Positions 1 through 13,049 of a stretch of 64,000 bases of DNA are shown piece by piece. The stretch comes from Acidobacteriota bacterium (GTDB lineage: Bacteria; Acidobacteriota; UBA890; WLXD01), in the NCBI GenBank assembly GCA_965248695.1, contig CBDFKD010000002.1, forward strand, positions 3,424,001-3,488,000. Reading direction: 5' to 3'. The translations under genes were made by a program, and so were the position numbers. Position 1 is the stretch's first letter. Every line of letters starts with the position of its first letter. Below the pieces are notes generated by a model. It made no database searches. It had not been told where the DNA came from and worked only from the letters and a program-made list of their open reading frames with translations.

Positions 1-1257
1 CGCGGCCCGGATGCCTCGGGAATCGCAGACGGCCAGGGACCACCGTCGACCTGGGACGTCAACAGCGGCGCCAACGTCCGCTGGAAGACACCGCTCCCCG
101 GCATCGCCAACTCCAGCCCGATCGTCTGGGACGACCGCGTGTTCGTCACCACGGCGGTCAACAGCAGCGGGGAGGATGTCGTCCGCACGGGACTGTACGG
201 CGACGTCAAGCCGGTCGACGACCTATCCGAGCACGACTTCAAGACCTATTGCCTGGATGCGCGTACGGGTCGGATCCTGTGGGAAGACCTCACCTACCGC
301 GGCTTTCCCCAGGTAAAGCGTCACACCAAGTCGAGCCAGGCCAACAGCACGCCGACCACCGATGGCGAGCACGTCGTAGTGCTGTTCGGCAGCGTCGGCA
401 GGCTCGTCGCCTACACCATGGATGGCCAACGCAGCTGGGAGCGCGACCTCGGTGCGCTCGATTCCGGCTGGTTCTACGATCCGGATTATCAGTGGGGCCA
501 TGCCAGCTCGCCGGTGCTCTACGACGGCACGGTGATACTCCAGGCGGACGTGCAACAGCAGTCGTTCCTGGCGGCGTTCGACATCGCCACCGGCGATGAG
601 ATCTGGCGCACGGCGCGCGAAGAGATCTCGACGTGGGGGTCGCCGGCGCTATACCGCGGCCGGCCCCGAGACGAGCTGATCACCAACGGCACCACGATTC
701 GGAGCTACGACCCGAGGACCGGGAAGGAGCTCTGGACTCTTGGACCCAACTCCGAGATCGTCGTCGCCACACCGGTCATCGGCCACGGCCTCGTCTACGT
801 CACCGCGGGGTATCCGCCCGTCCGCCCGATCTACGCTATCCGCCCCGGCGGCAGCGGCGACATCTCGTTGCCCGCCGACTCCGACACAAACGAGAACATC
901 GCCTGGAGCAAGAACCGCGGCGGCACCTACATCCCGTCGCCGATCCTGTATCGCGGCATCCTGTACACCAACGCCAACAACGGTCGCCTGACCGCTTACG
1001 ACGCGATTACCGGCGAGATGATCTATCGCAGTCGCATCGCCGGCGTCGGCAGCTCCTATGTCGCGTCGCCGGTGGCGGCGGACGGCCGGCTGTTCTTTTC
1101 CACCGAGGACGGCACCGTTCATGTCGTGCGTGCCGGACCGGAGTACGAGCTCCTGGCGAGCAACGAGTTGAACGAGGTGATCTGGGCAACCCCTGCAATC
1201 TCGAACGGCACGCTCATCGTGCGCACGCTGGATCATGTCTGGGGCCTCGGCGAGTAG
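1..1257 (+). CDS. PQQ-binding-like beta-propeller repeat protein (BamB-like), 5'-truncated by window edge
   Basis: Frame open from base 1 (RGPDASG...NVRWKTPLPGIANSSPIVW); repeated SSP/ASPV and 'D..TG...W' Trp-docking motifs. Confidence 0.85.
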   Translation, partial: RGPDASGIADGQGPPSTWDVNSGANVRWKTPLPGIANSSPIVWDDRVFVTTAVNSSGEDVVRTGLYGDVKPVDDLSEHDFKTYCLDARTGRILWEDLTYRGFPQVKRHTKSSQANSTPTTDGEHVVVLFGSVGRLVAYTMDGQRSWERDLGALDSGWFYDPDYQWGHASSPVLYDGTVILQADVQQQSFLAAFDIATGDEIWRTAREEISTWGSPALYRGRPRDELITNGTTIRSYDPRTGKELWTLGPNSEIVVATPVIGHGLVYVTAGYPPVRPIYAIRPGGSGDISLPADSDTNENIAWSKNRGGTYIPSPILYRGILYTNANNGRLTAYDAITGEMIYRSRIAGVGSSYVASPVAADGRLFFSTEDGTVHVVRAGPEYELLASNELNEVIWATPAISNGTLIVRTLDHVWGLGE

Positions 1258-1275
1258 CTCGACCGCTACGGCACT

Positions 1276-2826
1276 TCAGCGCATGGTCAGCAACGACGCG
1301 TACAGGTCGACGCCGTACCAGATATTGCCGATGCGAATGTTCTCGTTGGAGGCGTGCTGGTTGTTGTCGGCGTTGGCGATCGGCAGGATCACGGCCGGCG
1401 CGGCCAGCAGATCGGTGAACAGATAGAGCGGCAGCGAGCCACCGAGAGCCGGCACCAGCAGCACCTCCTGCTCGGTGGCGGCACTCACGGCGTCGATGAT
1501 CTCTTCGACAACCGGCAGGCCCATGTCGGTGCGCGACGCCGGATACCCACCGCGACGCTCGACCATGACGAGTCGCGGGTGGAGCGCCCTGGTTTCCAGG
1601 TCCGGCTCCTGGCGGACGATATGGAATCCCTGGGCGCGGATGTGCGCCTCGACGCGATCGAGCATGTCGGCCGGATCGTTGCCCTTCACCAGTCGCACGC
1701 CAAGAGCGGCCTCGGCACGGTCGGGAATCACGTTGCGCGCCTCGCCGCCGACGCTTCCGCTGCGCAGGCCGCGCACCGTGAGCGAGGGGAGCAGCAGGCG
1801 CTCGCTCAGATTGCCCTCCCCTTCGGTCCACGCCAGCCCCAGGTCTCGGCGCAGTTCGGCGTCGATGTCCGGCAGACGATCGAGCGCCTCGCGTTCCTCG
1901 CGTCCCAGCGGCTCTACGGTGTCGTAGAAGCCGTCGATGACGACGTTGCCCGCGGCGTCCTTCATGCTAGCGATCAACTCGGCCAGGACCTGGCCGGGCA
2001 CCGGTGCCCAGTTGCCGTAGTGGCCGCTATGGAGCGGGCGTGCCGGGCCGAAAACCGTCAGATCGAGCCCGGTGACGCCGCGCACGCCGAAGACGATCTG
2101 CGGCAGGCCGCTCTGATGCACCGGACCATCGCAAAACAGCCACAGGTCGACATCGAAGCGCTCTCTGTAGGTCTCGAGGTATTCCTGCAGATGGGTCGAC
2201 CCGATCTCCTCCTCGCCCTCGAACAGGAACTTGATGTTCGACGTCAACGGGAGGCCCGCCGCCTGCAGGGCGTCGAGGGCGGTGAGCAGCGCCGGGAACG
2301 GCACCTTGTCGTCGGAAGCCGATCGCGCGTAAATGCGCCAGTCGGGATCGACCGGCTCGCCGGCGGCGGGCATCTGACGCGGCTGCCCGCCTCGGTCCAT
2401 GCGATCGGTGTACAGCACCGGTTCGTAGGGCCCGTGAACCCAGTCCGGGCCGGCGGGTGGCTGGCCGTCGTAGTGCACGTAGATACCGAGGGTGCGGGTG
2501 GCGCCGGGGACACGGATCTCGCCGTAGACCAGCGGCGGCACGTCGGGCAGCTCGAGGAGCTCCATCTCGGCGCCACGGCGCTCGAACTCGGCGGCGATAT
2601 GGGCGGCGACGCGGCCAGTGTCCCCGAGGTCGCGCCCGTAGTTCGGCAGCTCGAGGAAGGCACCGTAAGCGGTCAGAATCTCGATTTCGTGCGCACCGCG
2701 ATACTCGCGCGCGGCGATTGCGGCGGCGCCCAACTGTCCGCTCGTCTGTCCGGCGACTGGCAGCGTCATACAGATCAGCAGCAGGACCCCGTACATCGAG
2801 CAACGCCAACGCATGTCGAACCTCAT
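1276..2826 (-). CDS. M20/M25/M40 family metallo-hydrolase with signal peptide
   Basis: HYDGQP, RSASDDK, EGEEE, NNQHASNEN motifs; start moved to MRFDMRW because the upstream extension overlaps the + strand CBM9-like gene. Confidence 0.9.
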   Translation of the reverse strand: MRFDMRWRCSMYGVLLLICMTLPVAGQTSGQLGAAAIAAREYRGAHEIEILTAYGAFLELPNYGRDLGDTGRVAAHIAAEFERRGAEMELLELPDVPPLVYGEIRVPGATRTLGIYVHYDGQPPAGPDWVHGPYEPVLYTDRMDRGGQPRQMPAAGEPVDPDWRIYARSASDDKVPFPALLTALDALQAAGLPLTSNIKFLFEGEEEIGSTHLQEYLETYRERFDVDLWLFCDGPVHQSGLPQIVFGVRGVTGLDLTVFGPARPLHSGHYGNWAPVPGQVLAELIASMKDAAGNVVIDGFYDTVEPLGREEREALDRLPDIDAELRRDLGLAWTEGEGNLSERLLLPSLTVRGLRSGSVGGEARNVIPDRAEAALGVRLVKGNDPADMLDRVEAHIRAQGFHIVRQEPDLETRALHPRLVMVERRGGYPASRTDMGLPVVEEIIDAVSAATEQEVLLVPALGGSLPLYLFTDLLAAPAVILPIANADNNQHASNENIRIGNIWYGVDLYASLLTMR

Positions 2827-2931
2827 CGTCTCAGTGCCACGGATCTGCCCAGTTTGGCGCGTCGGAGCACTCATCGCTGGGCAGGGGCACGGTATCCTAT
2901 CGTCGCCCACCGGCGGCCACGGACTCCCGCG

Positions 2932-3669
2932 ATGCAAATGACGCCCCTTGTCAGCCAGCTCGTTGTCATTGCCGCCACCGGGCTCGGCCTGGCTGGCGCA
3001 CTCGACCTGGCCGGCACGTTGACTCAGACGCCCGAGCTGCGGGTACCCCGCGCCGCAAGCGAGCCGCAGCAACTGCTGGCCGGGACGAAAACAGCCTGGT
3101 CGTCGGCAACGACCATCGCCTGGGGCGAGCCGCCGTTCACCACCAGTTTTCGCGCCTTGCGAGACGCTGACGGGCTCTGGGTACGGTTCGATGCCGCCGA
3201 CTCGGCACCGTGGCATACCTACACGCAGCGCGACGATCCTCTGTGGGAAGAGGAGGTCGTCGAGATCTTCATCGATCCGGACGGCGATGGTCGCAACTAC
3301 GCTGAGGTCGAGATCAACCCGGCCAACGTCGTGTGCGACCTCCTCATACTGCGGGGCGATCCCGACCTTCAGGGAGATCTGAGCTGGGACTTCCCGGGCC
3401 TGCGTACGGCCGTACACGCCTGGGACGGTGGCGCGGAAGGTTGGACCGCGGTCGCCCTGCTGCCGTGGGAGGGCTTCGCGTCGCTGCCCGATACCGACGT
3501 GCCCATACCGCCGCGTGCCGGCGACAGCTGGCGATTCAACGTCTTCAGGATCAAGCGGCCGCATGGTCCCGATGAGCCGCGCCGTGGTCTCCGACTGGCA
3601 GCCTGGTCACCCGTCCCGGCGGCGAGCTTCCACGTTCCTGAGGTGTTCCGCTCCATGGTCTTCGAATGA
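2932..3669 (+). CDS. Carbohydrate-binding family 9-like (CBM9/DOMON-like) exported protein
   Basis: RDDPLWEEEVVEIFIDPDGDG.NY.E.EINP and WRFNVFRI...AWSP...SFH.PE.F motifs; hydrophobic N-terminus. Confidence 0.8.
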   Translation: MQMTPLVSQLVVIAATGLGLAGALDLAGTLTQTPELRVPRAASEPQQLLAGTKTAWSSATTIAWGEPPFTTSFRALRDADGLWVRFDAADSAPWHTYTQRDDPLWEEEVVEIFIDPDGDGRNYAEVEINPANVVCDLLILRGDPDLQGDLSWDFPGLRTAVHAWDGGAEGWTAVALLPWEGFASLPDTDVPIPPRAGDSWRFNVFRIKRPHGPDEPRRGLRLAAWSPVPAASFHVPEVFRSMVFE

Positions 3670-3679
3670 CGGAATCCGG

Positions 3680-6600
3680 ATGAGCTCGGTGACTCGCCCG
3701 ATGACCGCATGGCTCGCACTGCTGACAGCAGCCTTGCTGATCGCCCCGACGATCGGTTGGGAAGCCTCCGCGCAGCAGCGCAGCGGTAGCCGGCCGACCG
3801 CCGTTCGTACGTGGACGGCAGAGGTCGAGATCCCGACCTATCCACTCGGAGCCGACGATCTGAACCCCCATTTCTTCGCGCTCGAAGGGACAATCATCTA
3901 TCCGTATACCGCCCAGGATCGGTTCGGCCACGAGCGTGTCGCGCAGACGTACCGCGCGGTGTTCATCGAGAATGAGTACCTGCGTGTGATGTGCCTGCCG
4001 GAGATCGGCGGGCGTATCCAGTCGGTGCTCGACAAGGTGACCGGCGAGGAGATGTTCTACCGCAACCACGTGATCCGACCCGGTCACATCGCGCTGCGCG
4101 GTGCCTGGGTGTCGGGTGGCATCGAGTGGAATCGTGGCCCGCAGGGCCATACCGTCACCAGCTTCTCACCGGTCGACGTCGTTCCGGTACAGAACCCGGA
4201 CGGATCCGCGGCGCTGCTCATCGGCAGCACCGAACAGAACTTCCGGACCGGATGGGAAGTGCGATTGACCCTGCATCCCGAGATCCGCGCCCTCGATGAG
4301 CGGATCCGGCTGTTCAATCCCACCGACAGTTTCCATCCGTACTACTTCTGGAACAACACCGCGTTTCCGAACACTCCAGGTACGCGCTTCGTATACCCGA
4401 TGACCCTCGGAACGGACCACTCCGGCACCGAGTACTTCGGCTGGCCAATCCACCAGGGACGTGACCTGCGGTGGCTGCGAAACTACCCGGAGCCCACGTC
4501 GGTTTTCGGCTATGAGGTCGAGTTCGACTTTTTCGGCGCCTACGATGTCGACCGCGACTTCGGCATCGTCCAGGTGGCAAACCACCACGAGCTACCGGGG
4601 AAGAAAGCCTGGACCTGGGGAGAGTCGGATGCCGGCCTCGCCGCCCAGGCCGTCCTCACCGACAGCGACGGACCGTACATCGAGGTGCAGAGCGGGCCCC
4701 TGCCCACGCAGGCCGATTTCGGCCTGCTAGCGCCCGGCCAGGAGGTATCGTGGCAGGAAACGTGGTACCCGGTGAACGGTCTGGGACAGGGCTACGAGCT
4801 GGCGACGCGCGATGTGGCGATCGAGCGCCTCGACCATCCGGACGGCGTCGAGCTGCGCATCGCGGCAACCCGTCCGATCCCCGGTGCGCAGATCCACATC
4901 GAGCCGCGCGGGGGCGTGGTCGAGCAGCGGCCACTCGACCTATCACCGGCCCGGACCGAGTCGGTGGTGGTACGAACGGATCCTGCTACCGCCAACCCTG
5001 GAGAGATCAGCCTGCGGATCCGTATCGATCGTACCGACGGCGGCACGCTGCTGGAGTACTCGTCGCCGCTGCGGGCCCCCCAGCGCCAGGTTCCGGTGGC
5101 GCGCGAGAGTCCACCGCCCACCGCAGAGACCGCCTACCGCGCCGGCCTCGAGCTCGACAAGCAAGGCAACGAGCCAGACGCCCGCCGGAGATACGCCGAA
5201 GCCCTCGGGCACGACGCGGGTCACGCGCCTACGCTGCGGGCGCTCGGCGGCCTGGAGATCGAGGCAGGGCGGTTCGGCGAGGCGGTCGAACGGCTGCAGC
5301 AGGCGCTCGACCGCGATCCCGACGATGGAATGACCTGGTACCTGCTCGGCGTCGCGCGGCTGCGCATGGACGACCTGGAGGGCGCCACGGCGGCCGGCTA
5401 TGCCACCGCTCAACGCGCCGGATCTGCGGCCCTCGGGTACGGCCTCGTGGGTCGCGCCCGGGCTCGTCTGGGTGACTACGCCGGCGCCACGAGAGCTTTC
5501 ACCGCCGGCTTGTCCGCCGGCGGATCGGACTGGACGCGCCTGTTCGAACAGATCCTGTTGTCCACCTATGCGGCGGGCGACTACGCCGGCGCGGTGGCGC
5601 TCGCGCGCCAGAGCATCGAGGCAGGCAGCATCCGTCTCGTTCCGCATGTGATCCAGGCACTCGGGTCCGAGCAGAGCTTGCGTGACTTCGCCCATGGCGC
5701 GCGCGAGTGGGTCGGTGAACCGGAGTTCGCTTTCGTCGAGCTCAGCCTCACCATGGCGGATCTCGGCATGTACCGCGACGCCGCCAACGTCGTGGAGGCG
5801 GCGCTGGTGGCCACGGTCGAGGCCAGTGAGCGGCGCGCGCTGCCGTTCTACTACCTTTCGTACTACCTCGACCGACTGGGTGACGGCGGACAGGCGGCGC
5901 GTTGGCTGCGCGAGGCCGCCGAAGCATCAACCGACTACGTTTTCCCATCGCGTCCGGAGGCGATCGCGGTGTTCGATCACGCGCTGCAACGCAACCCACA
6001 AGACGCCCGTGCGCGGCTGTATCTCGGCAACCTCTTCGCCGGCCTCGGACGGCTCGAGGAGGCGGCTCGCGAGTGGAATACCGCCGTACAGTCGGCACCC
6101 GATCTGAGCACGGCACGCCGTAATCTGGCGTTTTATCGCTGGCGCATCGACGGTGACCTCGAGGGCGCCGCGGCGTTGCTCGCACAAGCCATCACGATCC
6201 GGCCACAGGACCAGACTCTGTATCGTGATCTTGCGCGTGTGCGAGTGGAGCAGGGGCAGCCGACGGCGGCAGTCACCGTGCTGGAGTCCGTGCCGGCGGC
6301 GAATCGGCGCGCCGATGTGACGCTCGCCCTCGCCCGCGGCTACAACGCCGTCGAGCGCTTCAACGACGCCATCGCGCTGCTCGGCAGCGCACGATTCACC
6401 CAGCGCGAAGGCGACACCGGATCGCGCCAGATCTTCTACGAGGCGCACATCGAGCGCGGCATTCGAGCTCTGCAAGCCGGCGATCCGGCCGCAGCGCTCG
6501 CCGACTTCGACGCGGCGCTCACCTATCCGTCCAACCTCAACGTAGGCCGCCCACACCGACCGGTAGAAGCGCGCGGCCGATACTGGCGCGGTATGGCCTT

Positions 6601-6727
6601 GCAGGCGCTGGGACGAGATGCGGAAGCGCGGGCCGCGTGGAGGGAGGGAACCGAGGGGACTCCGAGCACCGCCGAGCAGCGTGAGTACATCCGTCTTTGT
6701 CGCGAACGACTCAACACCGGCGCCTAG
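3680..6727 (+). CDS. DUF5107 domain + TPR repeat protein
   Basis: ENEYLRVMCLPEIGGRI, WVSGGIEWN, PGKKAWTWG, PYIEVQSG; C-terminal half of TPR-like helices; signal peptide. Confidence 0.85.
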   Translation: MSSVTRPMTAWLALLTAALLIAPTIGWEASAQQRSGSRPTAVRTWTAEVEIPTYPLGADDLNPHFFALEGTIIYPYTAQDRFGHERVAQTYRAVFIENEYLRVMCLPEIGGRIQSVLDKVTGEEMFYRNHVIRPGHIALRGAWVSGGIEWNRGPQGHTVTSFSPVDVVPVQNPDGSAALLIGSTEQNFRTGWEVRLTLHPEIRALDERIRLFNPTDSFHPYYFWNNTAFPNTPGTRFVYPMTLGTDHSGTEYFGWPIHQGRDLRWLRNYPEPTSVFGYEVEFDFFGAYDVDRDFGIVQVANHHELPGKKAWTWGESDAGLAAQAVLTDSDGPYIEVQSGPLPTQADFGLLAPGQEVSWQETWYPVNGLGQGYELATRDVAIERLDHPDGVELRIAATRPIPGAQIHIEPRGGVVEQRPLDLSPARTESVVVRTDPATANPGEISLRIRIDRTDGGTLLEYSSPLRAPQRQVPVARESPPPTAETAYRAGLELDKQGNEPDARRRYAEALGHDAGHAPTLRALGGLEIEAGRFGEAVERLQQALDRDPDDGMTWYLLGVARLRMDDLEGATAAGYATAQRAGSAALGYGLVGRARARLGDYAGATRAFTAGLSAGGSDWTRLFEQILLSTYAAGDYAGAVALARQSIEAGSIRLVPHVIQALGSEQSLRDFAHGAREWVGEPEFAFVELSLTMADLGMYRDAANVVEAALVATVEASERRALPFYYLSYYLDRLGDGGQAARWLREAAEASTDYVFPSRPEAIAVFDHALQRNPQDARARLYLGNLFAGLGRLEEAAREWNTAVQSAPDLSTARRNLAFYRWRIDGDLEGAAALLAQAITIRPQDQTLYRDLARVRVEQGQPTAAVTVLESVPAANRRADVTLALARGYNAVERFNDAIALLGSARFTQREGDTGSRQIFYEAHIERGIRALQAGDPAAALADFDAALTYPSNLNVGRPHRPVEARGRYWRGMALQALGRDAEARAAWREGTEGTPSTAEQREYIRLCRERLNTGA

Positions 6728-6810
6728 GTGCATCTGGAGACACCGGCGCGCCGGTGCTAGGAGCTACTGACCGGCTACGAATCGCCGCGGAGACTGCTCG
6801 CCCAGGGGGC

Positions 6811-7377
6811 TCAGGACAACTCGACCTCGAAATGAAGCCGGGTTCCGACCTGAAGCGCGGCACCAATCGGTCGATAGAGAAGCAGAACGACGTTCTCGGC
6901 GGCAATCGCGCCCGGAGCCAAGGTCTTGGCCTGAGGCCGGCATTCGCCGTTCGCCTTGATTCTCAGCTTCATGGAATCCTGGTACAGATCCGGGTCGCCG
7001 AGCTTCTCCTTGGCCTCGATCTCGACCTCTATGCGCTTGGGCAGATCGACGCCCTCCGGAACGGTGATGCGGCACCGGATGTGAACCTGGATTCCGGTAA
7101 GGTCGGTCTCATAGGGCGAAAAGAGGACGGCGCCGAAAGCGGGCATCCGATTGGCGATTTCCTCCTGCTGCACGATGTCCTCAGTGAAGCTCAAGCCCTG
7201 GGTCGCCGCGAAGCGCCGCACCTCGTTGTTGAAGCGCGAACAGTCCTTTCCCTTGACTCCGTCTCCGTCCGCACACCTGGAGGTGCAGTCCTCCACACCG
7301 AGGAGCAACAACAACGCCAGCAGCGGAGCCAGCCCGCGGCGGCGCGTCAGCGCTCGTAGGTGTCTCAGGGAGACCAT
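6811..7377 (-). CDS. Hypothetical exported protein
   Basis: Basic n-region + hydrophobic h-region, several Cys, GGAGG upstream, fills gap between real genes. Confidence 0.55.
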   Translation of the reverse strand: MVSLRHLRALTRRRGLAPLLALLLLLGVEDCTSRCADGDGVKGKDCSRFNNEVRRFAATQGLSFTEDIVQQEEIANRMPAFGAVLFSPYETDLTGIQVHIRCRITVPEGVDLPKRIEVEIEAKEKLGDPDLYQDSMKLRIKANGECRPQAKTLAPGAIAAENVVLLLYRPIGAALQVGTRLHFEVELS

Positions 7378-7541
7378 GGACCCTCCAGCCGATACGATTC
7401 GTGGTGGCGCACGATACATCTGGGGTTCGGCCGTCCACAAGCAGCCGGCCCGGACCTCGCCGAGAGCACGACTCGTCGGAGAACGGGGTGGCGCACGAGT
7501 ATATTGTCTGCTCCCTCCCCACTGCCGATCTCAGGTGCCCG

Positions 7542-9191
7542 ATGCGACCGACCCTGGCCATCTCCTGTCTGATGATTCCCGTCGCCTGCTCTACCGCTGT
7601 TGCGCCGCTGCCCGATCAGCGCCTTAGCGCCAGCGCGCTGCTGGAAGACGTGCGAGCGCTCTCCGCCGACGAGATGGAAGGACGCGGCACGGGGACGGCG
7701 GGTGAAGCACGGGCCGCCGGCTGGATCGAGCAGCGTTTTCGCGACGTCGGACTGTCGCCGGTGGAGGGCCTGTTTCGCCAGGAGGTGCGACTGGTCGGCA
7801 TGCGCCGCAACGACGCCACCGCCTCGCTGAGCATCGCCTCGGCAAACGACTCGCTGGAGCTGGTCGACGCCGGCAACGTCGCGTTCTGGTCGTCGGCGCA
7901 GCGCGACGTGGTCGACATCGATGCCGCCCCGTTGCTCTTCGTGGGCTACGGAGTGCAGGCGCCGGAGCACGACTGGGACGACTTCAAAGGCGTCGACGTG
8001 AGCGGCAAGGTGTTGCTCTTCCTGAACAACGATCCGCCCGTCGAGGAGAACGGCGAGGAGCTGTTTGGCGGCGAGACGCGTACCTACTATGGACGCTGGT
8101 CGTACAAGTTCGAGCAGGCGATGAAGCTCGGCGCTGCCGGCGCGCTCATGGTCCACACGACGCCGTCGGCGTCCTACCCGTTCAGCGTCGTGCAGTTTTC
8201 CGGATCCAGCGAAAACTTCGCGCTGGATCTGGCGGGCTCGGGGTATCAGGTCGACCTGCTGGGCTGGCTCGACGAGCATCTCTCCGGCGAGATTGCCGCC
8301 GCCATTGGAACCGACCTCGATGGGCTATTCGAGATGGCGCGGCAAAGGGACTTCGCGCCCGTTGACACCGGATACCGAGTCAGCGCTCATCTGGACACCA
8401 CCGTGCGGAACATGAGCACCGTGAACATTCTCGGCTACTTGCCCGGCAGCGACCCGGACCTGAGCGACGAGATCATCGTCTTCACGGCGCACTACGACCA
8501 CATGGGAACCAACCCCGGGCTCGAGGGCGACACGATATTCAACGGCGCCTGGGACAACGCCGTCGGCGTGACGTCGATCATTGCCCTGGCCGATGCCTTC
8601 GCGAACATGGAGCAGGCACCTCGACGGTCGCTGCTCTTCGTCGCCTGCGCCGGCGAGGAAAGCGGCCTGCTGGGCAGTTCCTGGTTCGTGGCCGAGCCAC
8701 CGGTGCCGCGCAACGCGATGGTAGCGAACTTCAACATCGACATGCCACAGATCTTCGGCGTCACCGCCGATATCAGAGCCATCGGTGAGGACGCCAGCGA
8801 TCTGGGTGATGCGCTGCGGACGGCGGCGGCGGAGTTCCCCGCCAGGGAAGGAGAAACCGTAGCTGTGCTCGGAGACCCCAACCCCTCGGCCGGAAGCTTC
8901 TACCGCTCCGACCAGGTCAACTTTGCCAAGGCCGGCATTCCTGCCCTTTTCCTGAATCCGGGCAGCGACTATCTGCAGCCGCTGCCGTTCGACCCGCGCG
9001 CCTATCGGGAGTCGCACTATCACCAGCCGTCAGACGAAGTGCGTGACCAATGGAATCTGGCCGGCCTGGAGCGCGATCTGCGCATCTTTTTCCGCGCCGC
9101 GCGCGCCGTCGCCGACGCGGACGAGATGCCGCGCTGGAAACCGGGCAACGAGTTCGAGGTCCCGTGGCGCCAGCTTCACGGGCTCGAGTAG
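7542..9191 (+). CDS. M28 family aminopeptidase with PA domain, probable lipoprotein
   Basis: MEGRGTGT, AHYDH, GAWDN, GEESGL, RSDQ, YHQPSD motifs; PVAC lipobox-like. Confidence 0.9.
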   Translation: MRPTLAISCLMIPVACSTAVAPLPDQRLSASALLEDVRALSADEMEGRGTGTAGEARAAGWIEQRFRDVGLSPVEGLFRQEVRLVGMRRNDATASLSIASANDSLELVDAGNVAFWSSAQRDVVDIDAAPLLFVGYGVQAPEHDWDDFKGVDVSGKVLLFLNNDPPVEENGEELFGGETRTYYGRWSYKFEQAMKLGAAGALMVHTTPSASYPFSVVQFSGSSENFALDLAGSGYQVDLLGWLDEHLSGEIAAAIGTDLDGLFEMARQRDFAPVDTGYRVSAHLDTTVRNMSTVNILGYLPGSDPDLSDEIIVFTAHYDHMGTNPGLEGDTIFNGAWDNAVGVTSIIALADAFANMEQAPRRSLLFVACAGEESGLLGSSWFVAEPPVPRNAMVANFNIDMPQIFGVTADIRAIGEDASDLGDALRTAAAEFPAREGETVAVLGDPNPSAGSFYRSDQVNFAKAGIPALFLNPGSDYLQPLPFDPRAYRESHYHQPSDEVRDQWNLAGLERDLRIFFRAARAVADADEMPRWKPGNEFEVPWRQLHGLE

Positions 9192-9248
9192 CGGCCTCAG
9201 GCGGAGGCCGTAGCAGCTGCCCGACGGACGGCAGCAGCCAGCGATTGG

Positions 9249-10100
9249 TCACGCGGACGCGGCTGCTGCCTCCAGTCGTGCGGCAGAGGCCAGCGCGCGC
9301 GTGCGCCAGAAGACTTCGATGGGGTCCGCAGCGGACGTTTCACGGCCCGCTGCCTCCGCCGACCGGCGTGCATACACGGCCAACCATCCGAGGGTGGCCG
9401 CGCCGTCCTGACCGATCAACGCCCGCAACGCGTAGCGGCGCTCGCCGGCGCGAAGTCCGAGGCGCATCTCCGCGGCCGCGGTCTCGAGATCGGTGCGCGT
9501 GAGGATGAACCCGCATCGAATAGGGGTCAGGAGCGCTTCGAGAAACGCTTCACCGCCATCGCTGTCGGGGTCGGGCAGTGGCGGCGCATGCCTCAGATGC
9601 GCCGGCAGCTCGCCAGGCATCGTCAGCTCGGACATCTGGTGTGTGAGCGTGTGGTACAGGACATCCGCCCAGGCGCGGTAGCTCGGCGAGGCGACCGCTT
9701 CGAGCTTGCGTAGCCACACCAGCTGCCAGCTCAGGAGGTGCTCCCAAAGCAGCGCCGCGCGGGCGCGCTGCCAGGCGTCCGTCCCGCGTTCGTCGGCTGC
9801 CGCCTCCAACTCCAGCAGCCGCGCGTAGAGGCCGAGCAACATGCTCAGGTGATCGGGTTCCGAGGGCGGCTCTTCGCCGAGGGCGCGCCAGAGTCCGGCG
9901 ACGCGGTCACGGGCCTCGCCACCGAGCATTCCCTCAGGGCCCAGGTACACCGACGCATAAGGGTACATCTGACCGTGAAACAGATCTGTGTACTCCCAGG
10001 GTTCGGGGACCGACGGTAAGTCGAGCAGCTCCGCCAGCTGCGGCGTCGCCCCGGAAGGTGGCTCCGCCAGCACCGCCAGTGCACGAATGAGCTCGATCAC
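9249..10100 (-). CDS. TorD/DmsD-family redox enzyme maturation chaperone
   Basis: PYASVYL, EPDHL, EHLLSW motifs; directly downstream of the molybdoenzyme. Confidence 0.85.
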   Translation of the reverse strand: MIELIRALAVLAEPPSGATPQLAELLDLPSVPEPWEYTDLFHGQMYPYASVYLGPEGMLGGEARDRVAGLWRALGEEPPSEPDHLSMLLGLYARLLELEAAADERGTDAWQRARAALLWEHLLSWQLVWLRKLEAVASPSYRAWADVLYHTLTHQMSELTMPGELPAHLRHAPPLPDPDSDGGEAFLEALLTPIRCGFILTRTDLETAAAEMRLGLRAGERRYALRALIGQDGAATLGWLAVYARRSAEAAGRETSAADPIEVFWRTRALASAARLEAAAASA

Positions 10101-10120
10101 CTAGGAGGCCACCCCTGGCG

Positions 10121-13042
<2,922 letters not shown>

Positions 13043-13049
13043 CGTGTCC

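Noticed and set aside
2827-3564. 762-aa version of the M20 hydrolase and 771-aa version of the CBM9 ORF, suggesting overlapping genes
   Set aside because: Signal peptides at 2826(-) and 2932(+) give a normal divergent arrangement
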